Below are positions 27,928 through 41,487 of a stretch of 64,000 nt of DNA, piece after piece. The notes beneath the pieces are model-generated. The model ran no database searches. It was not told where the DNA came from and saw only the letters and a program-made list of their open reading frames with translations. The position numbers were made by a program, and so were the translations under genes. Source of the stretch: Octopus vulgaris (taxonomy: Eukaryota). Each line of letters opens with the position of its first letter. Positions within the stretch are counted from its first letter, which is position 1. Location: positions 10,106,001 to 10,170,000 of the forward strand of contig OX597840.1 in the NCBI GenBank assembly GCA_951406725.2, in the 5' to 3' direction.

Positions 27928-28384
27928 GTCACGTCTATACTTGAATAAATATCTTCTTTTAACATATCGTCTGTTTAGTTACAGTAACCACATCAATGAA
28001 CAACTATTGAATAACTTGCAAAACTATTAGATTTAAATGTTATTTCACGAGCGATTAACGTTTCAAAAACGAACGCATCAGGTTACGGACAGTTTTACTA
28101 CAGTTCAGTTAAGTTGTATAAAAAAAAAATGTCAGACCGCAATTGTACGATAAAACCGTGAAACTGCAATAAATAAATAAATGCAAAAATAAGCATAAGT
28201 GTGTCTCAATATATTGTGTTATTAAATCACTCTTCCATGATGTGGTTGCGCCGGTTTCAATACATTGCACCAGATCGTGTCACTTGCTAAACAAGTACAA
28301 CTTTTAAATGTTTTACATTTTTTATATATATATATATAAACCATGCTAGCATGGAAAGCGGACGCTAAACGATGATGATGACGA

Positions 28385-28420
<36 letters not shown>

Positions 28421-28423
<3 letters not shown>

Positions 28424-28709
28424 TAAATAAATGGAGTTTAACGCGGGTGTAATCAAATATTTTTACTTTCGACACATGTTTCGAAAATTCCACTGATACT
28501 ATTCAAAAGAATAAATGGTATAAACAATGCAATCTTCTCCTTTTGCTAAAATGTCTTATTGACGAGTTTCGTTTTTTTCACTTTCCTGAGGAGAAGATTG
28601 CATTGTTTATACCATTTATTCTTTTGAATAGTATCAGTGGAATTTTCGAAACATGTGTCGAAAGTAAAAATATTTGATTACACTTGCGTTAAACTCCATT
28701 TATTTATTC
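28421..28709. repeat. Fold-back (about 120 bp arms), Penelope-type remnant
   Basis: 28421-28541 is nearly the exact reverse complement of 28589-28709; right arm reads CTGAGGA..long insert..TTCGAAACATGTGTC. Confidence 0.8.
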
Positions 28710-28860
28710 ATATTATTCAAAATATTCAACGTAAACACGAAGTTTCTACCTTTATAAACAAGGAGTTACAACACCTTTACTTGTGAGATTTTTGCTGCCC
28801 TGGTAACTATTTATTTATTTTTTCTGTGTTAATTGCTAACAAGGTAAAAATACACTCATC

Positions 28861-28939
<79 letters not shown>

Positions 28940-28951
28940 TATATACATATA

Positions 28952-29155
28952 TGTGACCTCGTGAGTACCGCTGGCGATTTTTTCCCTCTGTCTTCCCTTC
29001 TCTGGATCTTTCCTTCTCCCATGTTTCCGACGAAGAGCTCCGCTCGAAACGAAAAACCCTCCTTCTTTCCTTCTTTCCTGAGCGTCCAATAATATTATAT
29101 TTGTTCCACGTCCTCGCGTTGTGTTTTTTTGTGCTTTCTTGTTTGGATTAACTTT
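28952..29155 (+). mobile_element. Penelope-like terminal fragment with hammerhead-like core
   Basis: CCGACGAAGAGCTCCGCTCGAAACG at 29027; inside (TA)n. Confidence 0.65.
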
Positions 29156-29274
29156 ATATATATATATATACTGAAATATGTACATATCTAATATTGTATG
29201 TATATATTTTATTAATTTGCCTGTACGGCTAATAATTCGCTTACCACTTGTGATGGTATTTTAATAATACCATC

Positions 29275-29310
<36 letters not shown>

Positions 29311-29385
29311 GTAGGTCCCGGGTTGATTCGGGGTTAACCACAGTAAATAAGGTACTCAATACATAGCAGAGTAAAATTAATTTAT

Positions 29386-29597
<212 letters not shown>

Positions 29598-29879
29598 GTG
29601 TAAATATTGGGGTATTTTTATTAATTTTTTTATTCGTTTTTCTATAGCATTTTTGAAGCAGCTTCAGAAAATATAAAGAAATATTCTTTTCTACTCTAGG
29701 CCTCAAGGCCCGAAATTTTTGGGAAGGGGGGCCAATCGATTAGATCGACACCAGTACGCAACTGGTTCTTAATTTATCGACCCCGAATGGATGAAAGGTA
29801 AAGTCAACTTCGGCGGAGTTTGAACTCAGGACAGACGAAATACCGTCAAGCATCGAAGGTGCCTCGGCAGTCATAGCCT

Positions 29880-30110
29880 CATTTGATCAATTACCCTGGG
29901 TTCTAAGGTGTATGTATCCCTTCCCTGGATGCGATGCCCGTCTGTTTCAGGGTTACTCATTTTCACCAGTTGAGTGGAATGGGGCAGCGTGAAATAGAGT
30001 CTCTTGTTCAAGGACACATCTCATCAGCCAGTCCAAGAATCGAAACCATAATCTCCCACTCATGTGTGCAACATACTAACCACTATCCTAACTAAGCCAC
30101 GTACCTTCAC
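29880..30110 (-). mobile_element. Old tRNA SINE with CORE-like and V-like segments
   Basis: Minus strand TGGCTTAG..GGTTTCGATTC..GTGTCCTTGAACAAG..GGCATCGCATCCAGGG. Confidence 0.55.
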
Positions 30111-30453
30111 ATACGTATATATCTTTATATATACAAGATAAGTAGTAATTTGTGGTAAATCATTTTACCTTTACCCATATAATACAGTAAATGAATTGAT
30201 TGCATCGCAATCATTAACATTTATGTATTAACTTTGTTGGGTACTTCACTAGCAGTATATTGGATATATGTTATCCCATGGAGGGTTGCATTTACAACCT
30301 CTATCTCAATTTGTATCTTTATATATATATATATATATATATATACATAGATACGTATTTACACATATACTTACGTGGACATACATATATATGTTTATAC
30401 GTGTATATAAATATCTATGTGTAAATATATATACATATACATTCAACATTCAT

Positions 30454-30484
<31 letters not shown>

Positions 30485-30539
30485 CTATGAATATGTATAT
30501 ATATATATATCTGTAGAGACATACATACATACATACATA

Positions 30540-30596
<57 letters not shown>

Positions 30597-30776
30597 GTAA
30601 AAAGTGAAAAAACTACAGAAGGCTTGTTTTAAAAGGTTAAAAAATATATATTTGAGTCATTATGTCTGAAGAATGTTATAAATTTTTTTCATACAATGAC
30701 ATAGTTTTTGAAGAAATGACCGGTTTCGCGTTCAGCTTTTCACACACCAACTTTCTCACCTATATATATATATATA

Positions 30777-30999
30777 GGTGAGCTGGCAGAAACGTTAGCA
30801 CGCCGGGCGAAATGCGTGGCCGTATTTCGTCTGCCGTTATGTTCTGAGTTCAAATTCCGCCAAGGTCGACTTTGCCTTTCATCCTTTCGGGGTCGATAAA
30901 TTAAGTACCAGTTGCGCACTGGGGTTGATGTAATCGACTTAATCCATTTGTCTGTCCTTGTTTGTCCCCTCTGTGTTTAGCCCTTTGTGGGCAGTAAAG

Positions 31000-31003
<4 letters not shown>
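30777..31003 (+). mobile_element. SINE family B, full copy
   Basis: Matches family B end to end. Confidence 0.9.
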
Positions 31004-31033
<30 letters not shown>

Positions 31034-31387
31034 GCACATGCATGCACTCAATTCCTCTTAATGAGAAGTTTAATTACTCCACAGCTGAAATTTGTACCGT
31101 ATTTAACGAGCATGGAGAGATATACAGTTAATCATTGTTTAACGGTGATTAACTGATAGCATTATTTTCGTTTTTTGTTTCTATTTTTATTTATTTTTTT
31201 CTATCACATGACTTTGTAACTGAACGCTGTGGTGCGTTTACTCTAATGGTATGCTGTAATGAGTTTCTTGGCCTTAGGTGTTGGGAAGACACTCGGTAAG
31301 AAAAAGAAAAAAAAAATTGAAAGAAGCAAAGCTACGGAAACCGGATGTTGTTGTGGTGACAGAAAGAAAGAAAGAAAGAAAGAACGA

Positions 31388-31443
<56 letters not shown>

Positions 31444-31449
31444 ATAAGC

Positions 31450-31814
31450 AGGATAATCGACATAGCATGTCCCGATGACAGCAGGATCAACGAGAAAGAA
31501 GAAGAAAAATTAAATAACTATGACGATTTGAAGTGGGGAAATACGAAGGTTGTGGTCAATGAAGAGAGTCGACGTGATAGAAAATAGTAATTGGCGCACT
31601 TGGAAGTATCAGCACTCGACTACCAACGTGGCTTAAAGAGATTGATGCAAATGTGAAGTTAGAACAATTACAAGAATCAGCATTGCTTGGAACTGCAGGA
31701 ATTCTTGGCGCGGTTCTTGAAGCACGACCAATAAAACAAGTGTCACCTTTGTCTGCTGGGTGTAGACAGCTGACACTTTTCCATCATATCCAGCAAAAGA
31801 AGCCGTGAGTTTTC

Positions 31815-31875
<61 letters not shown>
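31450..31875 (+). mobile_element. R4/Dong-type LINE 3' fragment
   Basis: Encodes EIRRLWSM..IVIGALGS..LQESALLGTAGIL; followed by (TAA)n. Confidence 0.7.
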
Positions 31876-31876
<1 letters not shown>

Positions 31877-31879
31877 TAA

Positions 31880-32323
31880 TTTCTTTTCTTTAGTTTCAGC
31901 TCAGAGCTGCGGCCATGCTGATGCACCGCCGTTTTGTGCTACACTGTTATTACGACGAACCTCGTCTAATATGTGGTACTTGGTTTAAGAATGGAGTTTG
32001 ACATAGCTACCCTCATTTGCACCTCTTTCAGTGATGTAGGTTCATTTGAAACTCTCGACAGGAAGAGGTCCAGCTTTGATTTAAACCCCCCCCCCACCTA
32101 CATCTACTTTGTGCAAGTTCCTCAGACTCTTTGGGAGAATATCAAAAAGCTGTGGGCCCTTGAAACCCAGACTGTTACAGTAACTGGTCCTGAAGCGTGA
32201 TGGCGTTGCTGGGATCTTTGGTACTATGCAGAGTCGTCCCGTTCTGGCATTGGTGTAGCTTTCAATGCCAAACTTTGACACAATTCCTTCCAGGATCTTC
32301 CAGATATATATTACTGCATACCT
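31880..32323 (-). mobile_element. CR1/L2-group LINE 3' end
   Basis: RYAVIYIWKILEG..RTGRLC..SLGFKGPQLFDILPKSLRN..FKSKLDLFL, then 3' UTR stem-loop and A-rich tail. Confidence 0.75.
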
Positions 32324-32324
32324 C

Positions 32325-32377
<53 letters not shown>

Positions 32378-32472
32378 TGATGATGATGATGATGATAATA
32401 TGACACCAGGGCGAAGGATGTGGGGTACATTGCAATGACAAATCCTTCTATCTGCATACCTGTCCCGATCTT

Positions 32473-33083
32473 GGGTAACTATTTCGTGAAGAAATCGTTC
32501 GTACTTTGGTGTGAAATAATGTTTTTCGAATGCATTCAATGTATCTAACCCACAAACTCGCCGCAAGCCACTTTCTTCTGGAAAAGAAAGAGGGATGGGT
32601 GGTGGGGACCTCGGAGTATTTCGGAAAACGCCGAGTTTCTCATCAATGGAGTCTTGTTTAGGGATTTTTTTTTCTTTTCCATATTATTTCGCATGCTTTT
32701 CAACAATGAATGTGACATCGAAATCACGCATAAACGGCTCCTTTCCCCAGAAAAGGAAAGATTTAGCTGCTATTTCTAACACGCCCCGCTACCACGTAAC
32801 AGCTATTTCGGGTCTGTTATCTCAAACAACTGTTACGTGGTAGCAGGGTGTGCTAGAAATGGCAAGTAAATCTTTCCATTTTCTGGGGAAAGGAACCGTT
32901 TACATGTGATTTCGATGTCACATTCGTTGAAATCATGCAAAATAACCAGGAAAAAAAATACCCCCGAAACAAAACTCCGTTGGTCCCTACCGTCCCTCCA
33001 CCGTTGAATGCACTCGAAGAAACATGTGGTAAAAATTTATTTTACACTGAGGTGCGAACGGGTCCTTTACGAAATATTTACCC
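32473..33083. repeat. Large imperfect fold-back, probable non-autonomous DNA element
   Basis: Inner arms about 32707-32802 and 32830-32926; outer arms about 32473-32540 and 33004-33083. Confidence 0.75.
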
Positions 33084-33359
33084 TTGAAAATAACTTTTTT
33101 AGAAAATAGAAAAAAAATTAAAATATTGTTTGTTTAAAGAAATCTAAAATCTAAAATGTCTGTTTAAAGAAATCAAAAATATTGTCTGTCTAAACAAATC
33201 TAAAAAATAAAAAAATACAGCACAAACAACTTGTATTTTGGGAATTACTTTCACCGAATCACATATTTTTGGAATCACATTCACTGAAAACTATTTCTAA
33301 GTGATTAAAATATTGAGTTTAGCAAAGACGAAAATAGAAACATTTACTGGAAAAACAAC

Positions 33360-33726
33360 TCATTTTTTTCGTTAGCAAGTTAAAGTCACTAAGACTTTTG
33401 CCCAAGGTCGTGAAGTCTGTCTATAAAATACAGAAGGCATTGATCATGTCTCTAATCGAAATGTTGAAGTTTCTTCCCTTTCGGGGTTATGTTATTTTCG
33501 GAGTATTTTCCCATTATGCACCGTTTTGGGTATTTATGGATATCCCCAAACCTCACCATATCTCAGGAATCCGTGGTCCGATTTACGCGAAACTTATTTT
33601 ATTTCGTTTGCATTCACATTTCAGGGGTACCTTAATTCATAGTATTTTACCATTATGCGCTAGTTTGGCTGAATTAAATGACAGACAAGCAAGCAAGCAA
33701 TCAGAGAGTTTTAGTAGTATATAGAT
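33360..33726 (-). mobile_element. Probable Helitron 5' portion
   Basis: Minus strand starts A|TCTATATACTACTAAAA followed by (GCTT)n GTCTGTC; 3' CTAG end not located. Confidence 0.5.
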
Positions 33727-34036
33727 AAATTAATTTATTAACATTTTTAATAAGGCCTACAAACGTTTCGATTCACACTCAATACAAATTACAAACATAT
33801 AGAATAAAATAAGTTTGCGTTTTGAATATTTAGACTAAAATATCTTCAGATATGAGAAAACTACATGTTGATCAATTCATCTACATAGTCTGTTGGAGAA
33901 TCTCAATTAATCAACAGGTAGTTTTCTCTAAATATTCAAAATGCAAACTTATGTTATTGTATGGGTTTATAAATTGCATTGAGTGTGAATTGAAACAATT
34001 GTAGGCCTTATCAAAAATGTTAATAAATTAATTTAT
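33725..34036. repeat. Diverged fold-back, Penelope-type remnant
   Basis: Arms TAAATTAATTTATTAACATTTTT..AAGGCCTACAA and their reverse complement; minus strand has CTGAAGA..GAAACGTTT. Confidence 0.65.
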
Positions 34037-34049
34037 AACCATTAAATCT

Positions 34050-34446
34050 ATACTCTTTACTCTTTACTCTTTTACTTGTTTCAGTCATTTTGACTGCGGC
34101 CATGCTGGAGCACCACCTTTTAGTACTTATTCTATCGGTCTCTTTTTGCCGAACCGCTAAGTGACGGGGACCTAAACACACCAGCATCGGTTGTCAAGCA
34201 ATGCTAGGGGGACAAACACAGACACACAAACACACACACATATACATATATATACATATATACGACAGGCTTCTTTCAGTTTCCGTCTACCAAATCCACT
34301 CACAAGGCATTGGTCGGCCCGGGGCTATAGCAGAAGACACTTGCCCAAGATGCCACGCAGTGGGACCGAACCCGCAACCGTGTGGTTGGTTAGCAAGCTA
34401 CTTACCACACAGCCACTCCTGCGCCTATAAGCCACTCCTGCGCCTA
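34050..34446 (-). mobile_element. SINE family A
   Basis: Matches family A with a small internal deletion. Confidence 0.9.
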
Positions 34447-34893
34447 TCCATTTTCTTACTTAATAATATTTGCTATTTATAATATACCTTCTTTACATTT
34501 CACCCGACGTGCTAACAATTCTGCCACCTCGTCACGTCAATGATAATAAATAATAATAATAATAATAATAATAATAGCAAAATACTTTCTATGTAATCTC
34601 AAGGTTTAAACCAAACATAATTTTCGGTTAATGAAAAAAAAAATTATTTAATTTTATTTTTTAATTTTTTTTTTGACATTCATTAGTACAACACCAAAAA
34701 CTCCCCCCCCCAATATATGGCACACTAGGCATAACAACATGAACTTCCAACCTGTTGTCTCTTGAGGTCTCTGGGTGAGACTTGGAGCCAACTTGTACAA
34801 ATATAAAGCAAAAGTCAAACATAGAATAATAATAACAACAACAACAACAATAATAACAATAATAACAACAACAATAATAATAATAATAATAAT

Positions 34894-34951
<58 letters not shown>

Positions 34952-35749
34952 CGTAGCTTATCTACTTCGATCTAACCGTTAATACCGAATTATTTACCAG
35001 TTAAAGCGAATGATGATGATGGTGCTTTAACATTTAATTTGTAAAATAAACACCTTTTCCATACCTTTTCCACCATTTTTTTATTCATTGGAGTCTTGGA
35101 AATACGAAAGAAGTAGATTGATGCAACGCAAGGCAGAACAAATAGACCGTTATCATAGATTACGAACGGAGATAAAGGATTGTTATTCTAAGAAATATCA
35201 GAATATACGTTGCGATGCTTTCCAAATTGATGCAAACAAACTGTTCGGTAACAAAAGTCGAACGCTAAATGGATAACATACTCGAAGACAACAAGAAGAC
35301 ATGATGAGAGGAAAGTAAATATAGATTTAAGAAAAGATCTTTCTGAAGCGTAGAAGGATATGTTCGAAAGAAATATTCTAGAGTGTGAAAAGGGCGAAGT
35401 TTATCAAGGAAGTAGGGTGGTTAAAAAAGATCTGAGAGACGTATTGTTCTTCTTGAATGAAGTAAAATATGGATTATCAATAAATGGTGGCGTTTTTTGT
35501 GGGGCGGGGGGATGGTTATGATCGGAAAGGACTTGGGTTCTCTGCAGGAGAGAAACGTGAGAAATAAAATAAAATCTATAAACAAAACACGCGCACGCAC
35601 ACACACACACACACATACGCACATACACACACACACACACACACGCAGACACACACACACACACTCACTCTCCCACACATAACACACACACACAAACACA
35701 CACATATGCCTGTGCCGATTCATACACGCTTTTATAAATGTACACACAC

Positions 35750-35783
<34 letters not shown>

Positions 35784-35823
35784 ATTTACATATATGTATT
35801 TACACATATGAATGTGTGCGTGC

Positions 35824-35858
<35 letters not shown>

Positions 35859-36312
35859 TGTATGTATGTATGTATGTATGTATGCATGTATGTATGTATG
35901 TATGTATGTATGTGTATGTATGTATGTATGTATGTATGTGCGTGTATGTATGTATGTGTATGTATGTATGTATGTAAGTATGTATGTATGTATGTATGTG
36001 TGTGCGTATGTATGTATGTATGTGCGTATGTATGTGTGTATGTATGTATGTATGTATGTATGTGCGTATGTATGTATGTATGTGTGTATGTATGTATGTA
36101 TGTATGTGCGTATGTATGTATGTGTATGTATGTATGTGCGTATGTATGTATGTATGTATCTGCTTATATATATATTTGCATGTGTGTGTGTGTGTGTGTG
36201 CCTGTGTTTGTATGCGACAGTGCGTACATCTTGTATATATATGTGTGTGTATATCTATATGTCTATACTACCGGTATTGTTGTAGTTATCATTTATATTA
36301 TTATCATTATTA

Positions 36313-36409
<97 letters not shown>

Positions 36410-36413
36410 CAAT

Positions 36414-36625
36414 GCAGCGAGCTGGCAGAAACGTCAGCACATCGGAGAAAATGCTTAGCGGCGTTTCGTCTGTCATAACGTTCTGAGTTCAAATTCCGCC
36501 GAGGTCGACTTTGTTTTTTATCCTTTCGGAATCGATAAATTAAGCACCAGTTGAGCACTAGGGCTGATATTATCGACTTTCCCACTCCTCTGAAATTGCT
36601 GGCCCTGTACCAAAATTTGAAACCA
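36414..36625 (+). mobile_element. SINE family B, older variant with different tail
   Basis: B head and central domain, tail CTGAAATTGCTGGCC..CCAAAATTTGAAAC as at 23490-23675. Confidence 0.8.
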
Positions 36626-36631
36626 TTATTA

Positions 36632-36752
<121 letters not shown>

Positions 36753-36754
36753 CA

Positions 36755-37455
36755 TTGAGTGAGAGAGCAGTGCATGCCATCAAAGTGACACTGGGGTACA
36801 AATATTCGAAGCCCAATATACCCATCATGACTACCCTTCTGATAATAGTACACCAAACACATGCGTCAAAACCATATGTGCGCGACATGGTGATTTCCTA
36901 TAAAGACAAACAACGCATGACTTTGGTTGTGGGGCCTAATTAGAATTTTCTTCATGTCGAGTAGCCCATCCCACTCAAAAAGTCCCCGAATAACGATTGT
37001 TTAAGGATGTTGAACGAAACACCCATGTTTCCAGAGGTGAATTATTCAAACCCCAAAGAATCCCTCTCAACACATGGCTATGATGCTCCCCCACTACTTC
37101 TGCTCGTGATCAGAGATGCACATATCGTCAGCCACTAAGGGACATGCTCAACTGGTTAAGGTCAAACAACTGACAAGCAAATCTGTGGTATTGAGCAGAA
37201 TATTTGCTGTAGCCCATCTTTTATACCAAGACAAAACAATGTACATGATAACACTTCCAATCAGTCAAGATCAGAAGCCATGAGAGCCACTGCCTGGTAC
37301 TGCATCAGGGCATTAAAGCAAATCTGTGGTATTGAGCAGAATATTTGCTGTAACCCATCTTTTATACCAAAACAAAACAATGTACATGATAACACTTCCA
37401 GTCAGTTAATCAGTTAAGCTCAAAAGCTATGAGTGTCTGCTACTGCATCAGGGCA
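36755..37455 (-). mobile_element. Family E copy with duplicated end
   Basis: Reverse complement of 5420-5972; about 37176-37312 repeated at 37316-37455. Confidence 0.8.
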
Positions 37456-37771
37456 TATTATTATCATTCTTCTTCTTCTTCTTCTTCTTCTTCTTCTTCT
37501 TCTTCTTCTTCTTCTTCTTCTTCTTCTTCTTCTTCTTCTTCTTCTTCTTCTTCTTCTTCTTCTTCTTCTTCATCATCTTCTTCTTCTTCTTCTTCTTCTT
37601 CTTCTTCTTCATTTTCTTCATTTTCTTCATTTTCTTCATCTTCTTCTTCTTCTTCTTCTTCTTCTTCTTCTTCTTCTCCTCCCTCTTCTTCTTCTTCTTC
37701 TTCTTCTTCTTATTATTATTATTATTATCATATGCATACAAACATATTTACATACACACAAACACACACAT

Positions 37772-37840
<69 letters not shown>

Positions 37841-38150
37841 CACAAACAAGAAATGAAAAACAAAAAAAAAAACAATAAGGTGAAAACTTATAATTTCAAA
37901 TTCAATTCAAACAAAATATTTTATGCAAACAAATGTAATTTGCATAAAAATATTTACTTTGAACTGAATTTATAAATGTTCAATTAATTATTTTCTTTTC
38001 CATTTCTTATCTATATTTATATATTAATAAACTGTATGTTTATTTATTTAATTACCTATTGGAATAACTTTGTTACTGAAATAGGTCGTATAAAGCAGTA
38101 AGTCCTTCGGATATTTAATATCCCTTTGGTGTATTATTACACTTAGCTAA

Positions 38151-38183
<33 letters not shown>

Positions 38184-38201
38184 GTTATCATTATTATTAT
38201 A

Positions 38202-38375
38202 TAGCGTAGGAGTGGCTGTGTAGCAAGTTGCTTGCTTACCAACCACATGGTTCCGGATTCAGTTCCACTGCGTGGCAACTTGGACAAGTGTCTTCTATTA
38301 TAACCCTGAGCCGACCAAAGTCTTGTGAGTGGATTTGATAGACGGAAACTGAAAGAATCCCGTCGTATATATATG

Positions 38376-38424
<49 letters not shown>

Positions 38425-38650
38425 GTGTGTGTGTATATATTTGTGTGTCTGTGTTTGTCACCCAACACCGCCTGACAACCGATGCTGGTGTGTTTACGTA
38501 CCCGTAACTTAGCGGTCCGGTAAAAGAAACCGATAGAATAAGTACTAGGCTTACAAAGAAGTTCTGGGGTCGATTTGCTCGACTAAAGGCGGTGCTCCAG
38601 CATGGCCACAGTCAAATGACTGAAACAAGTAAAAGAGAGTAAAAAGAGAG
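38202..38650 (+). mobile_element. SINE family A
   Basis: Full head to tail. Confidence 0.9.
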
Positions 38651-38651
38651 T

Positions 38652-38714
<63 letters not shown>

Positions 38715-39615
38715 CATAATTCAATAATGAGGGTGAATAAAATTATAGATATTAATTCAATAATGCCCCTATTTTAACACCGAGCGACCTAGCACAATAA
38801 ACCGGGGATACAAATTCATAGTTATCCGTAAATATAAGAGAGCCAACTTTGAATATGTTAACTCTTGTGCTAGAAATAGCTCCACCGGTAAAGTCGCCAA
38901 CGATAATTCCACATAGAAATAGCACTACAATCAACGCAATGAAATTGAAATACAACTAAATAATGGATTAATGTTGTACAATTGTTTCCTCATTAACAAA
39001 AGCAGATTATACTTACATAATTGTCTATGATTCGTCAGCAACATTTGTCAATATAATTAATCAGACCCTTACAGGCGACGATTCCCATGTGGTCTGATCA
39101 ATTACATTCAGGGTTGTAGTTACAAATTCTCCGCCGAAAGTAAATGCTAAGTGGATATATTTACGGATATATATATACATATATATATATAACAGTATAT
39201 AATAGATAAACGGTCGTTATTCTATGAAAGATCATATGTAACGATGCTTTCCAAACTTGTGCAAACAATCTACGAAGCCACAAAAGATCAAACAGCAACT
39301 TGATAACGCACTTGAAGACAAATGAAAGGAGATGATTAGTATTAAAGATATATGACAAATATATATGAATGATAGAGAGAATTAAGAGTTCTGTTGAAGG
39401 AATAGAAGCACACTGTTGACAATTCCTGTCGGGAAGAAAATGTGCAGTTCGGTGTCCTAGCTTTGTTTCGCACGTAGCGCAGTTATCTACCTTGTCAATA
39501 TATATAAACGTGCTTTTACGCAGCTATAAGTGGTTTAAGCCTTATTTCTAGAAATATATGTGGTTGTAGCACACACAGTCGCATGTAGTGACGACTATAT
39601 ATATATATAAATATC

Positions 39616-39898
39616 ATCACCGTGATCACCGTGACCGACCAGGCTATCAGATGTTGCTACACATCGCTGGTCACAATGCGCTTGGTATTGTTTTAGCCTT
39701 CAAATGACGCCACCCCGCTGGCTAAGCGAGCGGGCAAACAGAAGAAAGAGTGAGAGAAAGTTGTGGCGAAAGAGTACAGCAGGGATCGCCACCACCCCCT
39801 GTCGGAGCCTCGTGGAGCTTTAGCTGTTTCCGCTCAATAAACACACACAACACCCGGTCTAGGAATCGAAACCGCAATCCTACAACCGTGAGTCCGCC
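39616..39898 (-). mobile_element. SINE variant D
   Basis: Reverse complement of 8236-8565. Confidence 0.85.
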
Positions 39899-40124
39899 TC
39901 ATATATATATATATAGTGAATCCCTAAAAAACGAAGAGCTAACACAAGAAAAAAAACAACGCGAGTACGTGGCACATGTAAAGTATTAGCAGACGTTCTT
40001 GGAAGGAAAGAAAAGCGATTTTATATTTCGAGCAACGATCTTCATTAGAAACAGAGCAAAGTCCAATAGAAAAGGAAGACAGAGGAAAGAAAATCGCCAG
40101 CGATTCACATGTGATTACATTTTG

Positions 40125-40154
<30 letters not shown>

Positions 40155-40163
<9 letters not shown>

Positions 40164-40325
40164 GAAAGAATGGAGTCGAACGAAGATGTTAACAAAATTC
40201 CTTTACTCTCGACATATGTTTCGAAGACAACATGTTTTCATTCCAAAGGAATAAAGGGTGCATTATGTCGAGAGTACAGGAATTTTGTTAACATCTTCGT
40301 TCGACTCTATTCTTTCATTTATTCA
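40155..40325. repeat. Fold-back, Penelope-type remnant
   Basis: ATGAAAGAATGGAGTCGAACGAAGATGTTAACAAAATTCC and its near reverse complement. Confidence 0.75.
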
Positions 40326-40491
40326 TATACAACACACAAATTTCTGCACATGAACCCGGAGTTCCTACCCTTGGACAGGTCACTTCAACCGTGTTTCTGA
40401 CGTGAATTTGCTACCCAGGTTTCGGTTAAACGAATTTTCCATGCTAACGATAAACATAGGATAATTCACTCACCTATTTATATATATATAT

Positions 40492-40766
40492 ATAATATTA
40501 TTAGTGAATTGAAGAAATGGAGTTGAACGAAGATTGAACAGTGGACTCTTAGGAGCCTCGTTCGATTTGTTTTGCTGCGCCTCTGTTCTGTTTTTGTTTT
40601 TGCCAACGGAATTCCTATTTCTTCCTGATGAGAAAGACACAATATGGTCTCCTTATTCAATCGGAATTTGGTAAATTGTGGCTTTCGAAACACGTGTAGA
40701 ATGAAATAAAACAATTTCTGTTCAATCTTCGTTCAACTCCATTTCTTCAATTCACTAATAATATTA
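40492..40766. repeat. Fold-back with hammerhead-like boxes
   Basis: About 48 bp arms TAATATTATTAGTGAATTG..GATTGAACAG; between them CTGATGA (40625)..TTCGAAACACGTGTA. Confidence 0.75.
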
Positions 40767-40913
40767 AAATTCAATTATCCGCACCAACGCACGGTTGCAA
40801 CACCATAGGGTTGTACCTCCAACCGTGCTGTCTTCTGCTGTGATTTTTGCTACCAAGGTATCGGTTAAACTTTTGATTAATCTGCAACAAGATTATTCAT
40901 CTTTCTATTTCAC

Positions 40914-40988
<75 letters not shown>

Positions 40989-41055
40989 TCAGGGTGAATA
41001 CTTGATAAATGTAAACACCTGTATATGCCAGCTAGTGGCATAGGTGTATTTCATT

Positions 41056-41110
<55 letters not shown>

Positions 41111-41487
41111 GGTACACATACATATACACACATACATATATACACATACATACATACATACATACATACATACATACATACATACATACATACAAACATA
41201 TAATATGAACACAGGAATATATATTGGAAGATTTCCATGAAAATTTCCTCCATTTTTTTGGGGTGATAATATACATGAAGCAAGATAAAAGATTCTTCAA
41301 GTGACGTTCGCTTAGAAAAATTCCAATAAATATCATTTCCCCAAAGTTTTGAAGACTCGGGGTGGGTGGGTAGAATATTTATTAATATAGTTTTACTTGT
41401 TTGGTTTCCAAGAGTTGTTACCTTGGCCAGTTTTTGAGTTTGAAGATATATCTTAAAAGATAAAAATATATCAATATTTATATTTTA

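Noticed and set aside
35088-35460. Possible coding or LINE-derived segment
   Set aside because: No motif recognised and stops in all frames examined
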